Part shown: in pieces, positions 37,123-46,064 of the stretch
How the letters are laid out: each line of letters starts with the position of its first letter
Numbering within the stretch: position 1 is the first letter of the stretch
IMG/VR virus record: IMGVR_UViG_3300031087_000513
Source of the DNA: an uncultured virus (IMG/VR IMGVR_UViG_3300031087_000513)
Lineage: Duplodnaviria > Heunggongvirae > Uroviricota > Caudoviricetes
Strand: one strand, 5' to 3'
Length of the DNA stretch: 64,000 nt
The notes under the pieces: model-generated
What the model was told of the DNA's origin: nothing
The model's database searches: none
Seen by the model: the letters and a program-made list of their open reading frames with translations, nothing else
Program-made: the position numbers and the translations under genes

Positions 37123-37398
37123 ATGAGCTTAGATGTTAATTACATCACCCAGATGTTTCCCGCTATCCCGTACTTCTTCCTCGGGCTATTAGCGTTAGTA
37201 CTCAGCGCAGGATTATTTGTTTCCTCTCCATTCGTCTTCGTTCCTACTGTTGGTCAGGTTCGTGAGCAGGATATTGAGCCTGAGAGACGTAAAGCCCTGT
37301 TCTGGTTAGTGCTGGTGTTCGGCTTTGCTCTGGCCTACGCAGGTTGGTGGAGTTTCAATGAAGTTGCTAGCATTATGGGTGCAGCTCGTCCAAGCTAA
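37123..37398 (+). CDS. membrane protein (2 TM)
   Basis: hydrophobic segments. Confidence 0.6.
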   Translation: MSLDVNYITQMFPAIPYFFLGLLALVLSAGLFVSSPFVFVPTVGQVREQDIEPERRKALFWLVLVFGFALAYAGWWSFNEVASIMGAARPS

Positions 37399-37403
37399 TC
37401 CAT

Positions 37404-37904
37404 ATGACTGACAAAGAACCAACTCTTCCGAACTCCTACTACTCCGCTAACGGCGGATTGCAGTCAGGAAAAAATCAGCTGCCCTCTCAGCCGCAGGAGG
37501 AAACGCTTGCGAAGACTCCTGTCCTGGATGAAATGGTGATGGTGTTAGTTGGAGCAATTCTAATCATATTCCCACTCATGTTCGTTCGTTTGAGAACAGA
37601 TAGCATGTATCTGCCTGCTACGATCATGCTGGCTGGGATTATTCTGACTGGGATGACTCTCATCAGCCTGGGTTGGTGGAAGCAGCGTTCATACGTAAAG
37701 ACAAATGCGGCTGTTACTGAATATCAGGAACGTACATATGACACTCGTTTTCAGGATCGTATTATTGTCGTGAAAGACTCTGAACGGAAGTCTTTGAAAA
37801 CCAGCGCTATCACCGGACTCGTGATTGGCTCATTAGAATTAGTAGTCATTGTATATGCAGTTGTTACATATGTTTTGACTAATGTGGAAAGGTTTCTTAC
37901 ATGA
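37404..37904 (+). CDS. membrane protein (3 TM), probable paralog of 36272-36703
   Basis: VTEYQERTYDTRF versus VTVHYTQMTGDQRF; same TM layout. Confidence 0.62.
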   Translation: MTDKEPTLPNSYYSANGGLQSGKNQLPSQPQEETLAKTPVLDEMVMVLVGAILIIFPLMFVRLRTDSMYLPATIMLAGIILTGMTLISLGWWKQRSYVKTNAAVTEYQERTYDTRFQDRIIVVKDSERKSLKTSAITGLVIGSLELVVIVYAVVTYVLTNVERFLT

Positions 37905-38203
37905 ACGCTTTCCTGAAAACCAGCTACGGTAAGTTAGCTGTTACGTCAATGGTGCTGATCGTAGTAGAGATACTTTTGCTGCTCAATTTTCTGGTAACAA
38001 ATCAACTCACACCAGATTTTCTTCGTGAGACATTTGTTGTTTTTACAGTGTTCGTATTGAACATCGCTGGTGTAGTCTTCGGGGTATTTTCTGTCCGTAA
38101 AAACGAAACAGTACCCCGCTTACATAACATTGTTTGCATTCTGATTACAATGCTACATGTGGTAGCGATGGTACTGTTTCTAAGTTTGTTTTACTTAGCG
38201 TAG
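37901..38203 (+). CDS. membrane protein (3 TM)
   Basis: ATGA coupling; hydrophobic segments. Confidence 0.6.
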   Translation: MNAFLKTSYGKLAVTSMVLIVVEILLLLNFLVTNQLTPDFLRETFVVFTVFVLNIAGVVFGVFSVRKNETVPRLHNIVCILITMLHVVAMVLFLSLFYLA

Positions 38204-38207
38204 GATA

Positions 38208-38561
38208 TTAGTCTAAAAATGTCTTATCGTAGAAGACAGTGGTTCCGTCTGAGAAGACAAATTTCCCTTTAGTGTTTCGGTCTGTTATCAAAGCGCTGAG
38301 AAGCATTGAACGGAAACGGAAACGCTTTGGTCCACCAGCTGCGGTAGTCTCATTTAGATGGTTGACCCTGTATTTGAAGAGTACAACATCAGCTGTGACA
38401 ACTTCTCCAACGCTATTCATGAGGAGCTCAACTTCGCCTGTTCCTGCGAACAGCAGGCTATCATTTGTTGAATCCGCGGCAGCAAGAGCTGCGTTGATAT
38501 CATACGGAGCTTGTGGACCGTCATCCTTTTTGACTGAGACGGATGTGTTGACATCAGACAT
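38208..38561 (-). CDS. hypothetical protein
   Basis: AAGGAG RBS, upstream CCGATA. Confidence 0.6.
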   Translation of the reverse strand: MSDVNTSVSVKKDDGPQAPYDINAALAAADSTNDSLLFAGTGEVELLMNSVGEVVTADVVLFKYRVNHLNETTAAGGPKRFRFRSMLLSALITDRNTKGKFVFSDGTTVFYDKTFLD

Positions 38562-38636
38562 GATTGAACTTCCTTCTATGAATCGTAAAAAATACCTACA
38601 TAACCCATATCGGTCATAACTACCGATAGAGTTCCC

Positions 38637-39158
38637 ATGACTGAAAACAACGAAACTCCCAACTTCACCATCTCTGTTGAGACCATCAAATCCCCTGACG
38701 AGACCCTCAATCTTCTTGGAACTATCCGCGCCGACTTACAGCGTCAGCTGAGCAAAGAACTCGGAGAGGATGACGCTCGAGGCCATGTCCTTGTATCCGT
38801 TATTGAGAACGGCGTGTTCGTCGCCTGCATCCTTGAAGATAAGAACGGTGAATACCGTTACGGTGATATCACTCCTGAGAGCGTGTACGAACTGTGGAAG
38901 TTGAAGCAGTCCCAGTACACTCCTGTCAAAGGTGCTTGGTTCTCAGTAGAGTTCACCTCAGGCTCTGATGGGTTCATTGTGAAGACCCAATACAACTATG
39001 ACAAGCGTATCTACAGTGGTGACACTCCCGAGAACTGGTTTGTTGCACCAGAAACCGAAACAGAACTGTACAATTCTCCATGGGATGTGGTAAACTATCA
39101 AGAGGATTTGAAGCTCTTCCCTCGTAAAGAAGCTGACATTCCTGATTGGTTAAAGTAA
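38637..39158 (+). CDS. DUF600/YezG-like immunity-type protein
   Basis: LK..QY.P.KGAWFS...YNYD...YQEDLKLFPR....IPDWL. Confidence 0.6.
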   Translation: MTENNETPNFTISVETIKSPDETLNLLGTIRADLQRQLSKELGEDDARGHVLVSVIENGVFVACILEDKNGEYRYGDITPESVYELWKLKQSQYTPVKGAWFSVEFTSGSDGFIVKTQYNYDKRIYSGDTPENWFVAPETETELYNSPWDVVNYQEDLKLFPRKEADIPDWLK

Positions 39159-39182
39159 CCTCACAATAGTAGGAGTATTCAC

Positions 39183-39761
39183 ATGAGTCAGCCTGGTTAC
39201 ACCGCAGGGATGCGTCGGCTTATTTTTGCTGGCCGTCCAGGTTCAGGTAAAGGCACCCAAGCGGTAAAGCTTGCCGCTTACCTTGGCGTACCGCACATTT
39301 CAACGGGGGATATTTTCCGTGACCACATAAAGCGTCAAACCCCGCTGGGAATCGCCATTACGGAATCCATGAACGCAGGTAAGTACACTTCGGATGACAT
39401 TACCAACCAAGTTGTCAAAGAGCGTCTTGCAGAACCTGACGCTGCAAATGGCTTTATCCTTGACGGGTATCCTCGCACCCTGAACCAGGTAGAGTTCTTG
39501 GAGAAGGAGAACATTCAGATTGACTGCGTGTTCAATCTTTCAGTTTCCGAGGAAGAGTGCCTTCGCCGTCTAATTGCACGTGCTGAGAGCAGTGGACGTA
39601 AGGATGACACCGAAGAAGTCATCCGTGAGCGTATGCGCATTTACGTTGAAACAGTTCACCCTGTTCTTGACTACTATGCTGATGAGGGTCGTGTTCAGCA
39701 TTTTGACGGCAATCAGGAGGTTGAAGCAATTCACCACCAGATGGTCAGATACTGTCACTGA
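39183..39761 (+). CDS. adk: adenylate kinase (short-LID type)
   Basis: GRPGSGKGTQ, HISTGDIFR, GFILDGYPRT, GRKDD. Confidence 0.95.
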   Translation: MSQPGYTAGMRRLIFAGRPGSGKGTQAVKLAAYLGVPHISTGDIFRDHIKRQTPLGIAITESMNAGKYTSDDITNQVVKERLAEPDAANGFILDGYPRTLNQVEFLEKENIQIDCVFNLSVSEEECLRRLIARAESSGRKDDTEEVIRERMRIYVETVHPVLDYYADEGRVQHFDGNQEVEAIHHQMVRYCH

Positions 39762-39784
39762 ACAGTATGTGATGTGAGGATGTT

Positions 39785-40048
39785 GTGAGCAAGAGAACGA
39801 TTGTCATTCTGATTGCAGTGGTTATCGCTGTATGGGTGTGCGTGCTGTTCTGGTCCCATTCTCAGGAGCTTCATGTAGTGAAACTTCAACGAGTGATGAG
39901 TCATTCTGTGGGAGCTGAACCGAAAGACTGCTTAGTTGTTGCGCAAGCAGGTAATGGTCCTCTTGTGCAGGGATATGCTCCTTCATCAGAGTGTACGTCC
40001 CTCCAACTGGGGGATGTTGTTCGCATCGAAAATGATGAAGTGCAGTAG
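39785..40048 (+). CDS. small membrane-anchored protein
   Basis: N-terminal TM, GAGGA RBS, GTG start. Confidence 0.55.
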   Translation: MSKRTIVILIAVVIAVWVCVLFWSHSQELHVVKLQRVMSHSVGAEPKDCLVVAQAGNGPLVQGYAPSSECTSLQLGDVVRIENDEVQ

Positions 40049-40203
40049 TTTTTACGCTACAATAATTACATGACCTCAAAAGCGAGGTCAAAGCCCACCT
40101 GGGGTCTCATTCTCTCCTCTTCTCAAAACCAGGTGGGCTTTTTCTTTGCCTTTCTCAGAGTGTTGTCAGGAAAAGTTCAGCTAATATGCCGATACGGGTA
40201 TGT

Positions 40204-40818
40204 ATGAAACGTTTAACTGATTTGATTACTGCCTCAACTGCCGCAGTAGCAGGAACAGTGAACGGGGTTGCAAAAGTTCACCGCCAGCGCGCTGATGAGT
40301 TCAAAACAACAGAAGCTGGTCAACGCGCTTACGCCCTCCGTTCACAGGTCCGCACTGCCGCCCGAACTGCTGCTCAGACAGCAAAATCAACTGTGGATCA
40401 GGTTGCTGCTGATGCAGCTACTGTACGTCAGGAAGCCCGCCGTAATGTTGTAAAAGCCCGTGCCGCCTCCCGCCGTTCACCTGTCCGAGAAACCCCTCTT
40501 GTGGACCCAGTGACGCATGTTACAGAACCTGTGAATTCTGAGGACGCAAAACCTACAACTATGCAGGATGTTGTTGACGGGATAAAGAAAGCAGTCAAAA
40601 CAGAAGTAGATAATTTGCGCAATGATGAAGCACTGCAAGCGCAGGTAGTAGAAGCAAAAACGCAGGTCAAGAAGACCACTACACGAGTACGTAAAGCACC
40701 TACAACAACAGAGAAGAAAACTGCCTCAGCGACACAGAGTACTACTGAGGATGTCAAGAAGTCTGCCTCCGCTGGAAGACGGAAGGTTGATACTGACAAA
40801 GCTGGTGAAGACGTTTGA
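40204..40818 (+). CDS. Ala/Thr/Lys-rich hypothetical protein
   Basis: low-complexity ORF with CCGATA 9 nt upstream. Confidence 0.65.
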   Translation: MKRLTDLITASTAAVAGTVNGVAKVHRQRADEFKTTEAGQRAYALRSQVRTAARTAAQTAKSTVDQVAADAATVRQEARRNVVKARAASRRSPVRETPLVDPVTHVTEPVNSEDAKPTTMQDVVDGIKKAVKTEVDNLRNDEALQAQVVEAKTQVKKTTTRVRKAPTTTEKKTASATQSTTEDVKKSASAGRRKVDTDKAGEDV

Positions 40819-40875
40819 AGCATTCCTCCTTATGAGGGTTTCAAACGCAGCATTGTCAAGAAATTAGAAAGCACT

Positions 40876-40924
40876 AAATGAAGTGAGGGTCGGAACAGTT
40901 TATGTTCCGACCCTCACTTCATTT
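40876..40924. terminator. bidirectional hairpin terminator
   Basis: aaatgaagtgagggtcggaaca...tgttccgaccctcacttcattt. Confidence 0.8.
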
Positions 40925-40937
40925 GTTTACTGCATGG

Positions 40938-41435
40938 TTACGCGATGACAGCCCACTCAGAGCCATTCCACTTGAACATACCAGGCTTCCAGTTGCCATC
41001 CTTGCGGCCCGTCATGTACTCGCCCTTACGAACGTGGTCCATGTTGTTTGCAAGGATGTCCTTGGTACGAGCCTTACGGTTCAGCTCCCGAGCGAAGTCA
41101 ACCTCATCAGCGAGCAGGTCAAACACCGAGTCAGCATCAAAGTCGTACTCAAAGTCATACGTGGAAGCGTAACCCTTGAAGTCATAAGAAGCGACGTACT
41201 CATCCCACGCACGACCCTCACCCAGCTGGTCAAAGAACGTCCACAGGTGCGCACCGCCACGGCCCTCGTTCTCCACGACAGCAACGCGCTTCGTACCTCG
41301 GTACAGGGAAGCCTCAAACTGAAGGGTGTCCCGACCCTGACGCGGGTTGTAGCTCTTGATGCTGTACTCACCAGCAACGGCCTGCTTCTGCGAGGCGGGA
41401 AGGGTGATGTACTTCGTAGCGGTAGCGGTAGACAT
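40938..41435 (-). CDS. hypothetical phage-type protein
   Basis: FEASLY...VENEGRGG; AAGGAG RBS; TTGACA-18-TAGAGT promoter at 41479-41508. Confidence 0.7.
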   Translation of the reverse strand: MSTATATKYITLPASQKQAVAGEYSIKSYNPRQGRDTLQFEASLYRGTKRVAVVENEGRGGAHLWTFFDQLGEGRAWDEYVASYDFKGYASTYDFEYDFDADSVFDLLADEVDFARELNRKARTKDILANNMDHVRKGEYMTGRKDGNWKPGMFKWNGSEWAVIA

Positions 41436-41476
41436 GTTTTCTCTCCTTGTGATGTCTGCAACGTGCTTGATAGAAG

Positions 41477-42388
41477 TTACTCTACAACACTCTCATCCTG
41501 TTTGTCAACAGGTGCACCCCAAAGTCTTCTCTGCTCGTTTCCGTACTGGTCAAGCAGTACTCTGTCAGGCTTATACGCCCATAGTTTCTTGTCCCGAGAT
41601 GAAGGGGTAACGCTTTTCAGAATGACAGGCAGGAATTTTTCCACCTCGCAGTCATACCAACCTGAACACCAGGCAGGGTTGAACTCTAAAATGAACACCC
41701 CGTCTACTGTTACAGCAACATCTACAACAAACGCAGGAGGAAGAGTCATGTCTGTATCAAGCAGTTCCGAAACTTTCTCTTCTGCTAACTCATACTCATC
41801 CTCAGGGAACTCTGCGCCATCATACACAGTCACTCCATGACGCAGGTATCCACTGCCTGTTTGAATTTTCAATTGGGACCGCTGCTTAGACACGAAGAAA
41901 CGATACTCACTAATGATTTCAGGCAGGGGCGTTGAATTCTGTAACCAAGCTTCACCAGGTAAAGCAAGCTCCTCAATTGCTGCAACTAACTCATCATGCG
42001 TTCTCAGCTGTGCAACAAAACCATCATGTTTCGCAGTTGCTAACTTCCACCAAAGAGGAGGCCAGCCGAACAACGTAGACAGTGCATCGTTCACCGTCAT
42101 TGTTTCAACATGTCGCCCAGTCAAAGACTCTGGAAGCTGGTCTAATAGGTCAGGAGTAGGGGCGATGAACACCACCTCAGGAAGTTGGTAATGCTCAATA
42201 GCGCGTAATAGCTGAACAGCTTGCGCCTGAGGAAGCCACCAAGCGTCCCCCGGCGCATACGCTGGAACATCTAAACCGTAGCTCAAATCAACCTGCCAGC
42301 CGTCAGCTTTCGCTAACTCATCACGCTGCCAACTTTGATGGGAGACAAGATGTAGGGTATTCACAATGCTCAAACTTTCTACGGACAA
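41477..42388 (-). CDS. ATP-grasp domain protein (R2K/DUF4343-like)
   Basis: EYRFFV, FVVDVA, ILEFNPAWCSGWYDC. Confidence 0.75.
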   Translation of the reverse strand: MSVESLSIVNTLHLVSHQSWQRDELAKADGWQVDLSYGLDVPAYAPGDAWWLPQAQAVQLLRAIEHYQLPEVVFIAPTPDLLDQLPESLTGRHVETMTVNDALSTLFGWPPLWWKLATAKHDGFVAQLRTHDELVAAIEELALPGEAWLQNSTPLPEIISEYRFFVSKQRSQLKIQTGSGYLRHGVTVYDGAEFPEDEYELAEEKVSELLDTDMTLPPAFVVDVAVTVDGVFILEFNPAWCSGWYDCEVEKFLPVILKSVTPSSRDKKLWAYKPDRVLLDQYGNEQRRLWGAPVDKQDESVVE

Positions 42389-42418
42389 TACACTTACCTA
42401 ATGTTATAGGATGAAACG

Positions 42419-42841
42419 TTAGGACAGCGTAACAGCCTGAGGAAGTTCAGTTTTCTGATGAACATCCAACATCTGAATGATTCGTGTGTATGATGCAATC
42501 AGCTGCTGAACAACAGCGTCAGAGTCAACATGCACTGTACGGCTGCGACGGAACAGTGAAGGCTTCGGAGGAGCTGTCAATGTTTTTCTTGTCTCAGCAA
42601 CCATGTACCGCTGCTCAAACAGTAGGAACGTGTACGCCTGCTCAACAGAGACAAACGTCATGTCCAGCGTCTCAAACGCTGTACCATTGGCAACTGAGAA
42701 TTCAGAATCGTACTGAATGTTTGCAGCGTCTAAGGTACTCTTCGCTAAACCTGTGTAATGAAGATTCTCGGTGAACGAATGCTCAAAAGGGTACTCAATA
42801 TCCCCATGGAGTGCTTCTACCTGACTTACCAGTAATGTCAT
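42419..42841 (-). CDS. hypothetical protein
   Basis: GAGGA RBS. Confidence 0.6.
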   Translation of the reverse strand: MTLLVSQVEALHGDIEYPFEHSFTENLHYTGLAKSTLDAANIQYDSEFSVANGTAFETLDMTFVSVEQAYTFLLFEQRYMVAETRKTLTAPPKPSLFRRSRTVHVDSDAVVQQLIASYTRIIQMLDVHQKTELPQAVTLS

Positions 42842-42948
42842 GTTTTCCTCTAACTATGAGACTTCACTCAACACGCTACCATAACAGTTGGTGAAAGTCA
42901 ACAAGGATTCCGATATTACCATTACTATGTTGAAAGGAAAACGATCCA

Positions 42949-43449
42949 ATGGCTGAGGAGAAGAAGCAATCATCTGCGCCAATTAGGACCCCGACTACTT
43001 TCAATCCAGCTCCTACCCGTAGTGCAGGAGTAAAACCAAAAACAAATCTTAGCGCACCAAAGAAATTTACCAGTAAACGCAAACGCCTCAAAAACGCAGA
43101 GAAGACACAAAAAGGCGCATTCAACCTTCGTCGTTTCTTCGGAGGGCTGCTAATTCTCATCGTATTAGGTGCTGCATTCTACGCTTTCACCAACCAGTCG
43201 CAGGTGAAAAGCTGGTTCGACGGAAAAGCTCTGCAGAAAACACAAGCATGCACTGTTACGCGTTTGAACACCACATACTACTTTGAAACAAGCTGTGGGA
43301 CACTGCAATGGGATGTTGATGCTCTCAAAGGTGGGACTCCAGCTCAGAATTTAGCTATAGGCAAAAAGTATAGTTTCGTTACAGAAGGTTTATCCATTCC
43401 AATCGCAGGCAACTTCCCAGAAGTGCAGAAAGTTACGCCAATTTCATGA
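42949..43449 (+). CDS. single-TM membrane protein
   Basis: basic N-terminus, TM, extracellular Cys pair. Confidence 0.65.
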   Translation: MAEEKKQSSAPIRTPTTFNPAPTRSAGVKPKTNLSAPKKFTSKRKRLKNAEKTQKGAFNLRRFFGGLLILIVLGAAFYAFTNQSQVKSWFDGKALQKTQACTVTRLNTTYYFETSCGTLQWDVDALKGGTPAQNLAIGKKYSFVTEGLSIPIAGNFPEVQKVTPIS

Positions 43450-44036
43450 ACGAATGGACGTTGATGGAACTCGGCGGATATTTGGAACGAAAAACTCTTC
43501 CAGGAGGTTTCACGTTCACCAAAACCATCCCACGAAACGCCGAATATGGGACACCTGAGATGGTTGTCGGATTGGGCTGGTTCATTCCAGGTGGAATAGG
43601 CAAAGCATCGTATCTACCTAACAGTCAGAAATGGCAATTCGCCAATCCTATTTTGGATAGTCTGAATGAAGTGTACTTGTACATGCATCAGCAGAAACCT
43701 GACACTTGGCAGGAAGAGACCATCTTCCGTAAAGGCTATGCAGCATTCGGGTATGACCGTGAGCTACGTACAGCGCAACTGTTTGAGAACGTCTCCCGCG
43801 ACACTCTCGCCCAACTGAGAGAGCAGTACTCTTTTGAAGAAGTTGTATTCATCATTGCTGCGCGTTTATATCAAGATACAGCGTTATGGATGCGCACGTT
43901 ACGTCAGATACGAACAAACAACCCAAACTTCGAGTTTGAGGATGCTATCCGCTACATTGAATTAGGGGTTCCTCCTCAGAGCTTAGCAGACAGCTTAGAA
44001 ATGCCATTTCATGTTGTCAAAGACTTATACAAATGA
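43446..44036 (+). CDS. hypothetical protein
   Basis: ATGA coupling. Confidence 0.65.
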   Translation: MNEWTLMELGGYLERKTLPGGFTFTKTIPRNAEYGTPEMVVGLGWFIPGGIGKASYLPNSQKWQFANPILDSLNEVYLYMHQQKPDTWQEETIFRKGYAAFGYDRELRTAQLFENVSRDTLAQLREQYSFEEVVFIIAARLYQDTALWMRTLRQIRTNNPNFEFEDAIRYIELGVPPQSLADSLEMPFHVVKDLYK

Positions 44037-44078
44037 GTGAAGCCTCTACCTTTTATTTGGTAGAGGCTTCACTCATTT
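44031..44078. terminator. bidirectional hairpin whose arms contain both convergent stop codons
   Basis: aaatgagtgaagcctctacc...ggtagaggcttcactcattt. Confidence 0.8.
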
Positions 44079-44447
44079 CCAGGTACCTCCGAAGAGCCTA
44101 CCTTCAAACCGACCAAGAATACTTTTTGTTTCAGGGTACGCTACGATTGTTTCATCGATAGCCTTAGACCGAGCTTTCAGATTCTCCATCAAGTCAAGAA
44201 CAGATGGAAGGTCATAGTCAGCTTCGTTGTAGCCGTTTGCATTCTGACGCACTCCAAGACGTTTGAGCATGTTATGAGCGTAGGAGTACGCGGCAAGGAC
44301 TGCAATGTCATCCTCATCCCACTCCTCACGCTCACGTGCTGCCCGAACACGAGAAGCGATATGGTCAATGCCTGTGATAATTGTAGGCATATACATATCA
44401 ATAATGTTACGCATCTCTTCAGCAGTTAGATCAGTATTATCATCCAT
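44073..44447 (-). CDS. hypothetical protein
   Basis: 124-aa ORF. Confidence 0.6.
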   Translation of the reverse strand: MDDNTDLTAEEMRNIIDMYMPTIITGIDHIASRVRAAREREEWDEDDIAVLAAYSYAHNMLKRLGVRQNANGYNEADYDLPSVLDLMENLKARSKAIDETIVAYPETKSILGRFEGRLFGGTWK

Positions 44448-44497
44448 ACAAACAGAGTACCGTATGTTGAGTCAACCGTCAAGGCTTTGAGGAAAGC

Positions 44498-44794
44498 TTA
44501 TTTCGTAGGACTGAATTCGTCAGTATGCTGCACTGATGTCGAATTTCCTTGTTCAATAGTTTTGCTAATGTTTTCGGTTTTATTATTAATGGCTCCACCC
44601 ATAAGGCTAGTAAGAATAACAACAACTAAGGTAAATCCTGCAATCAAAAGAATTGTCCCTACGATATCTCCGGAGCTTTCTTGTTCTACTTTCTCTGTTT
44701 GCTTGGCTACGGTTGGCTTTTCTACTGGTAAAATTTCTACTTTATTAAGATCAATGTCCATAACATAAAACTGTACCATTGTCAAACGCGACAC
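44498..44794 (-). CDS. Flp/Tad pilin-like small membrane protein (start uncertain)
   Basis: ESSG|DIVGTILLIAGFTLVVVIL...AINNK. Confidence 0.45.
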   Translation of the reverse strand: MSRLTMVQFYVMDIDLNKVEILPVEKPTVAKQTEKVEQESSGDIVGTILLIAGFTLVVVILTSLMGGAINNKTENISKTIEQGNSTSVQHTDEFSPTK

Positions 44795-44849
44795 ACCGAA
44801 AAAACGAAAAAGGTTGCATAATTATTATGCAACCTTTTATTATTCGCAG

Positions 44850-45080
44850 TTATTCAGCAGAAGGATGATTCTCTTCATGCTGCGCGATGAGCTTTTCAGC
44901 CTGACGAACCCTAATGGAATCCCAAGCAGCCAAGAAGCAAATACCTGAACCGAAGAAAAGCATCAAAGGAGAACCAAGCACTACACCTAAAAGAATCACG
45001 ACAATGCCGAAAACACGGTCGAAACTGAATCGTTTGTTCAGCACTGCAAGAGCGCTGCGGAGTTCGTTGATATTAGGCAT
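44850..45080 (-). CDS. small membrane protein
   Basis: AAGGA RBS before MPNINEL. Confidence 0.55.
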   Translation of the reverse strand: MPNINELRSALAVLNKRFSFDRVFGIVVILLGVVLGSPLMLFFGSGICFLAAWDSIRVRQAEKLIAQHEENHPSAE

Positions 45081-45261
45081 CAGGGTGTATTCCTTTCGAA
45101 GATGCGGCAATAAGGGCGAACAGTGCTGCACCAATGGTAATGCAAACAGCTGAAATCGTAAACAAGATCATCTGAGAAGATGTCACTAAAATTGGGAAAC
45201 CCAGCACAAGGAACAGAACAATCCCGAACATGAGAGCGATTCGGCTAAGGTTTCTGAACAT
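45073..45261 (-). CDS. small membrane protein
   Basis: two TM; AAGGA RBS. Confidence 0.55.
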   Translation of the reverse strand: MFRNLSRIALMFGIVLFLVLGFPILVTSSQMILFTISAVCITIGAALFALIAASSKGIHPDA

Positions 45262-45443
45262 TGGGGGATAGTCCTTTCATGGTACTTATATGACACACAA
45301 TACCATGTATACTCATAAAGTCAACCTTTTTATCTGCTCAAACAACGCAAACATGTCCTTTTCGGGTAGATGTTCCTAAGAATGTGCATTATTGGAACAA
45401 CTATGATAGAGTAAGCATCATTATTATTCGTGAGGGAAAAAGA

Positions 45444-46064
45444 GTGGAAAGAAAAATTACTGCAACACTACTGATCGTAGTTGTTGCATTCAGCGCCTTG
45501 ATTGGAAGTGTCCAGTTAGTGAATATGTTCACCAACTGGCGAGTAGCTCCCGTGACTACCAGTGCTATGGAACCAGCGGTCCCTCAGGGTGCCCTCATTG
45601 TCTCTAAGCTCACACCTGAGAAAGACATCAAACGAGGTGACATCGTGACCATCGGTGTTGGTACTCAGAATGATAACCTCATCGGACGTGTACTTGACAT
45701 CACTACTGACGACAAACAGTATTACAACATCGCCTTAAAAAGTGACCAGAACCCACTCCCAGATAACTTCCCGTATAAAACCCGTGACGTAACCTACAAA
45801 GAGCAGTTTGATATTCCATTTCTCGGATTCGCTGTTGTCGCTCTCACCTCACCTGTCGGTTGGATTATCACAACCCTTCTTCTTCTCGGTTTAGGTTTAG
45901 TATATCTGTACCGTTTCCATGCACCTGTATCCCAGGACCTGCGTGTTGTTCATAGCACTGAGAAAGCACGTAAGAAAGCTGTTCAGCGCATTGCAGAGCG
46001 TGGAGACCATAACGGAGTAGAGAAGATTAACGCCTTGTTCGTAGAAAGTGAAGTAAGCAACTAA
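45444..46064 (+). CDS. SipW-like (S26) signal peptidase homologue, apparently inactive
   Basis: TM, V.TSAMEPAVPQG.L, DIKRGDIVT, IGRV, LKSDQN..PD, IPFLG, TM. Confidence 0.7.
   Translation: MERKITATLLIVVVAFSALIGSVQLVNMFTNWRVAPVTTSAMEPAVPQGALIVSKLTPEKDIKRGDIVTIGVGTQNDNLIGRVLDITTDDKQYYNIALKSDQNPLPDNFPYKTRDVTYKEQFDIPFLGFAVVALTSPVGWIITTLLLLGLGLVYLYRFHAPVSQDLRVVHSTEKARKKAVQRIAERGDHNGVEKINALFVESEVSN

Noticed and set aside
40902..41840. 312-aa plus-strand ORF and similar long antisense ORFs (4845-5513, 25268-25945, 29335-29868)
   Set aside because: Shadows of better-supported opposite-strand genes that have an RBS, promoter or motifs.
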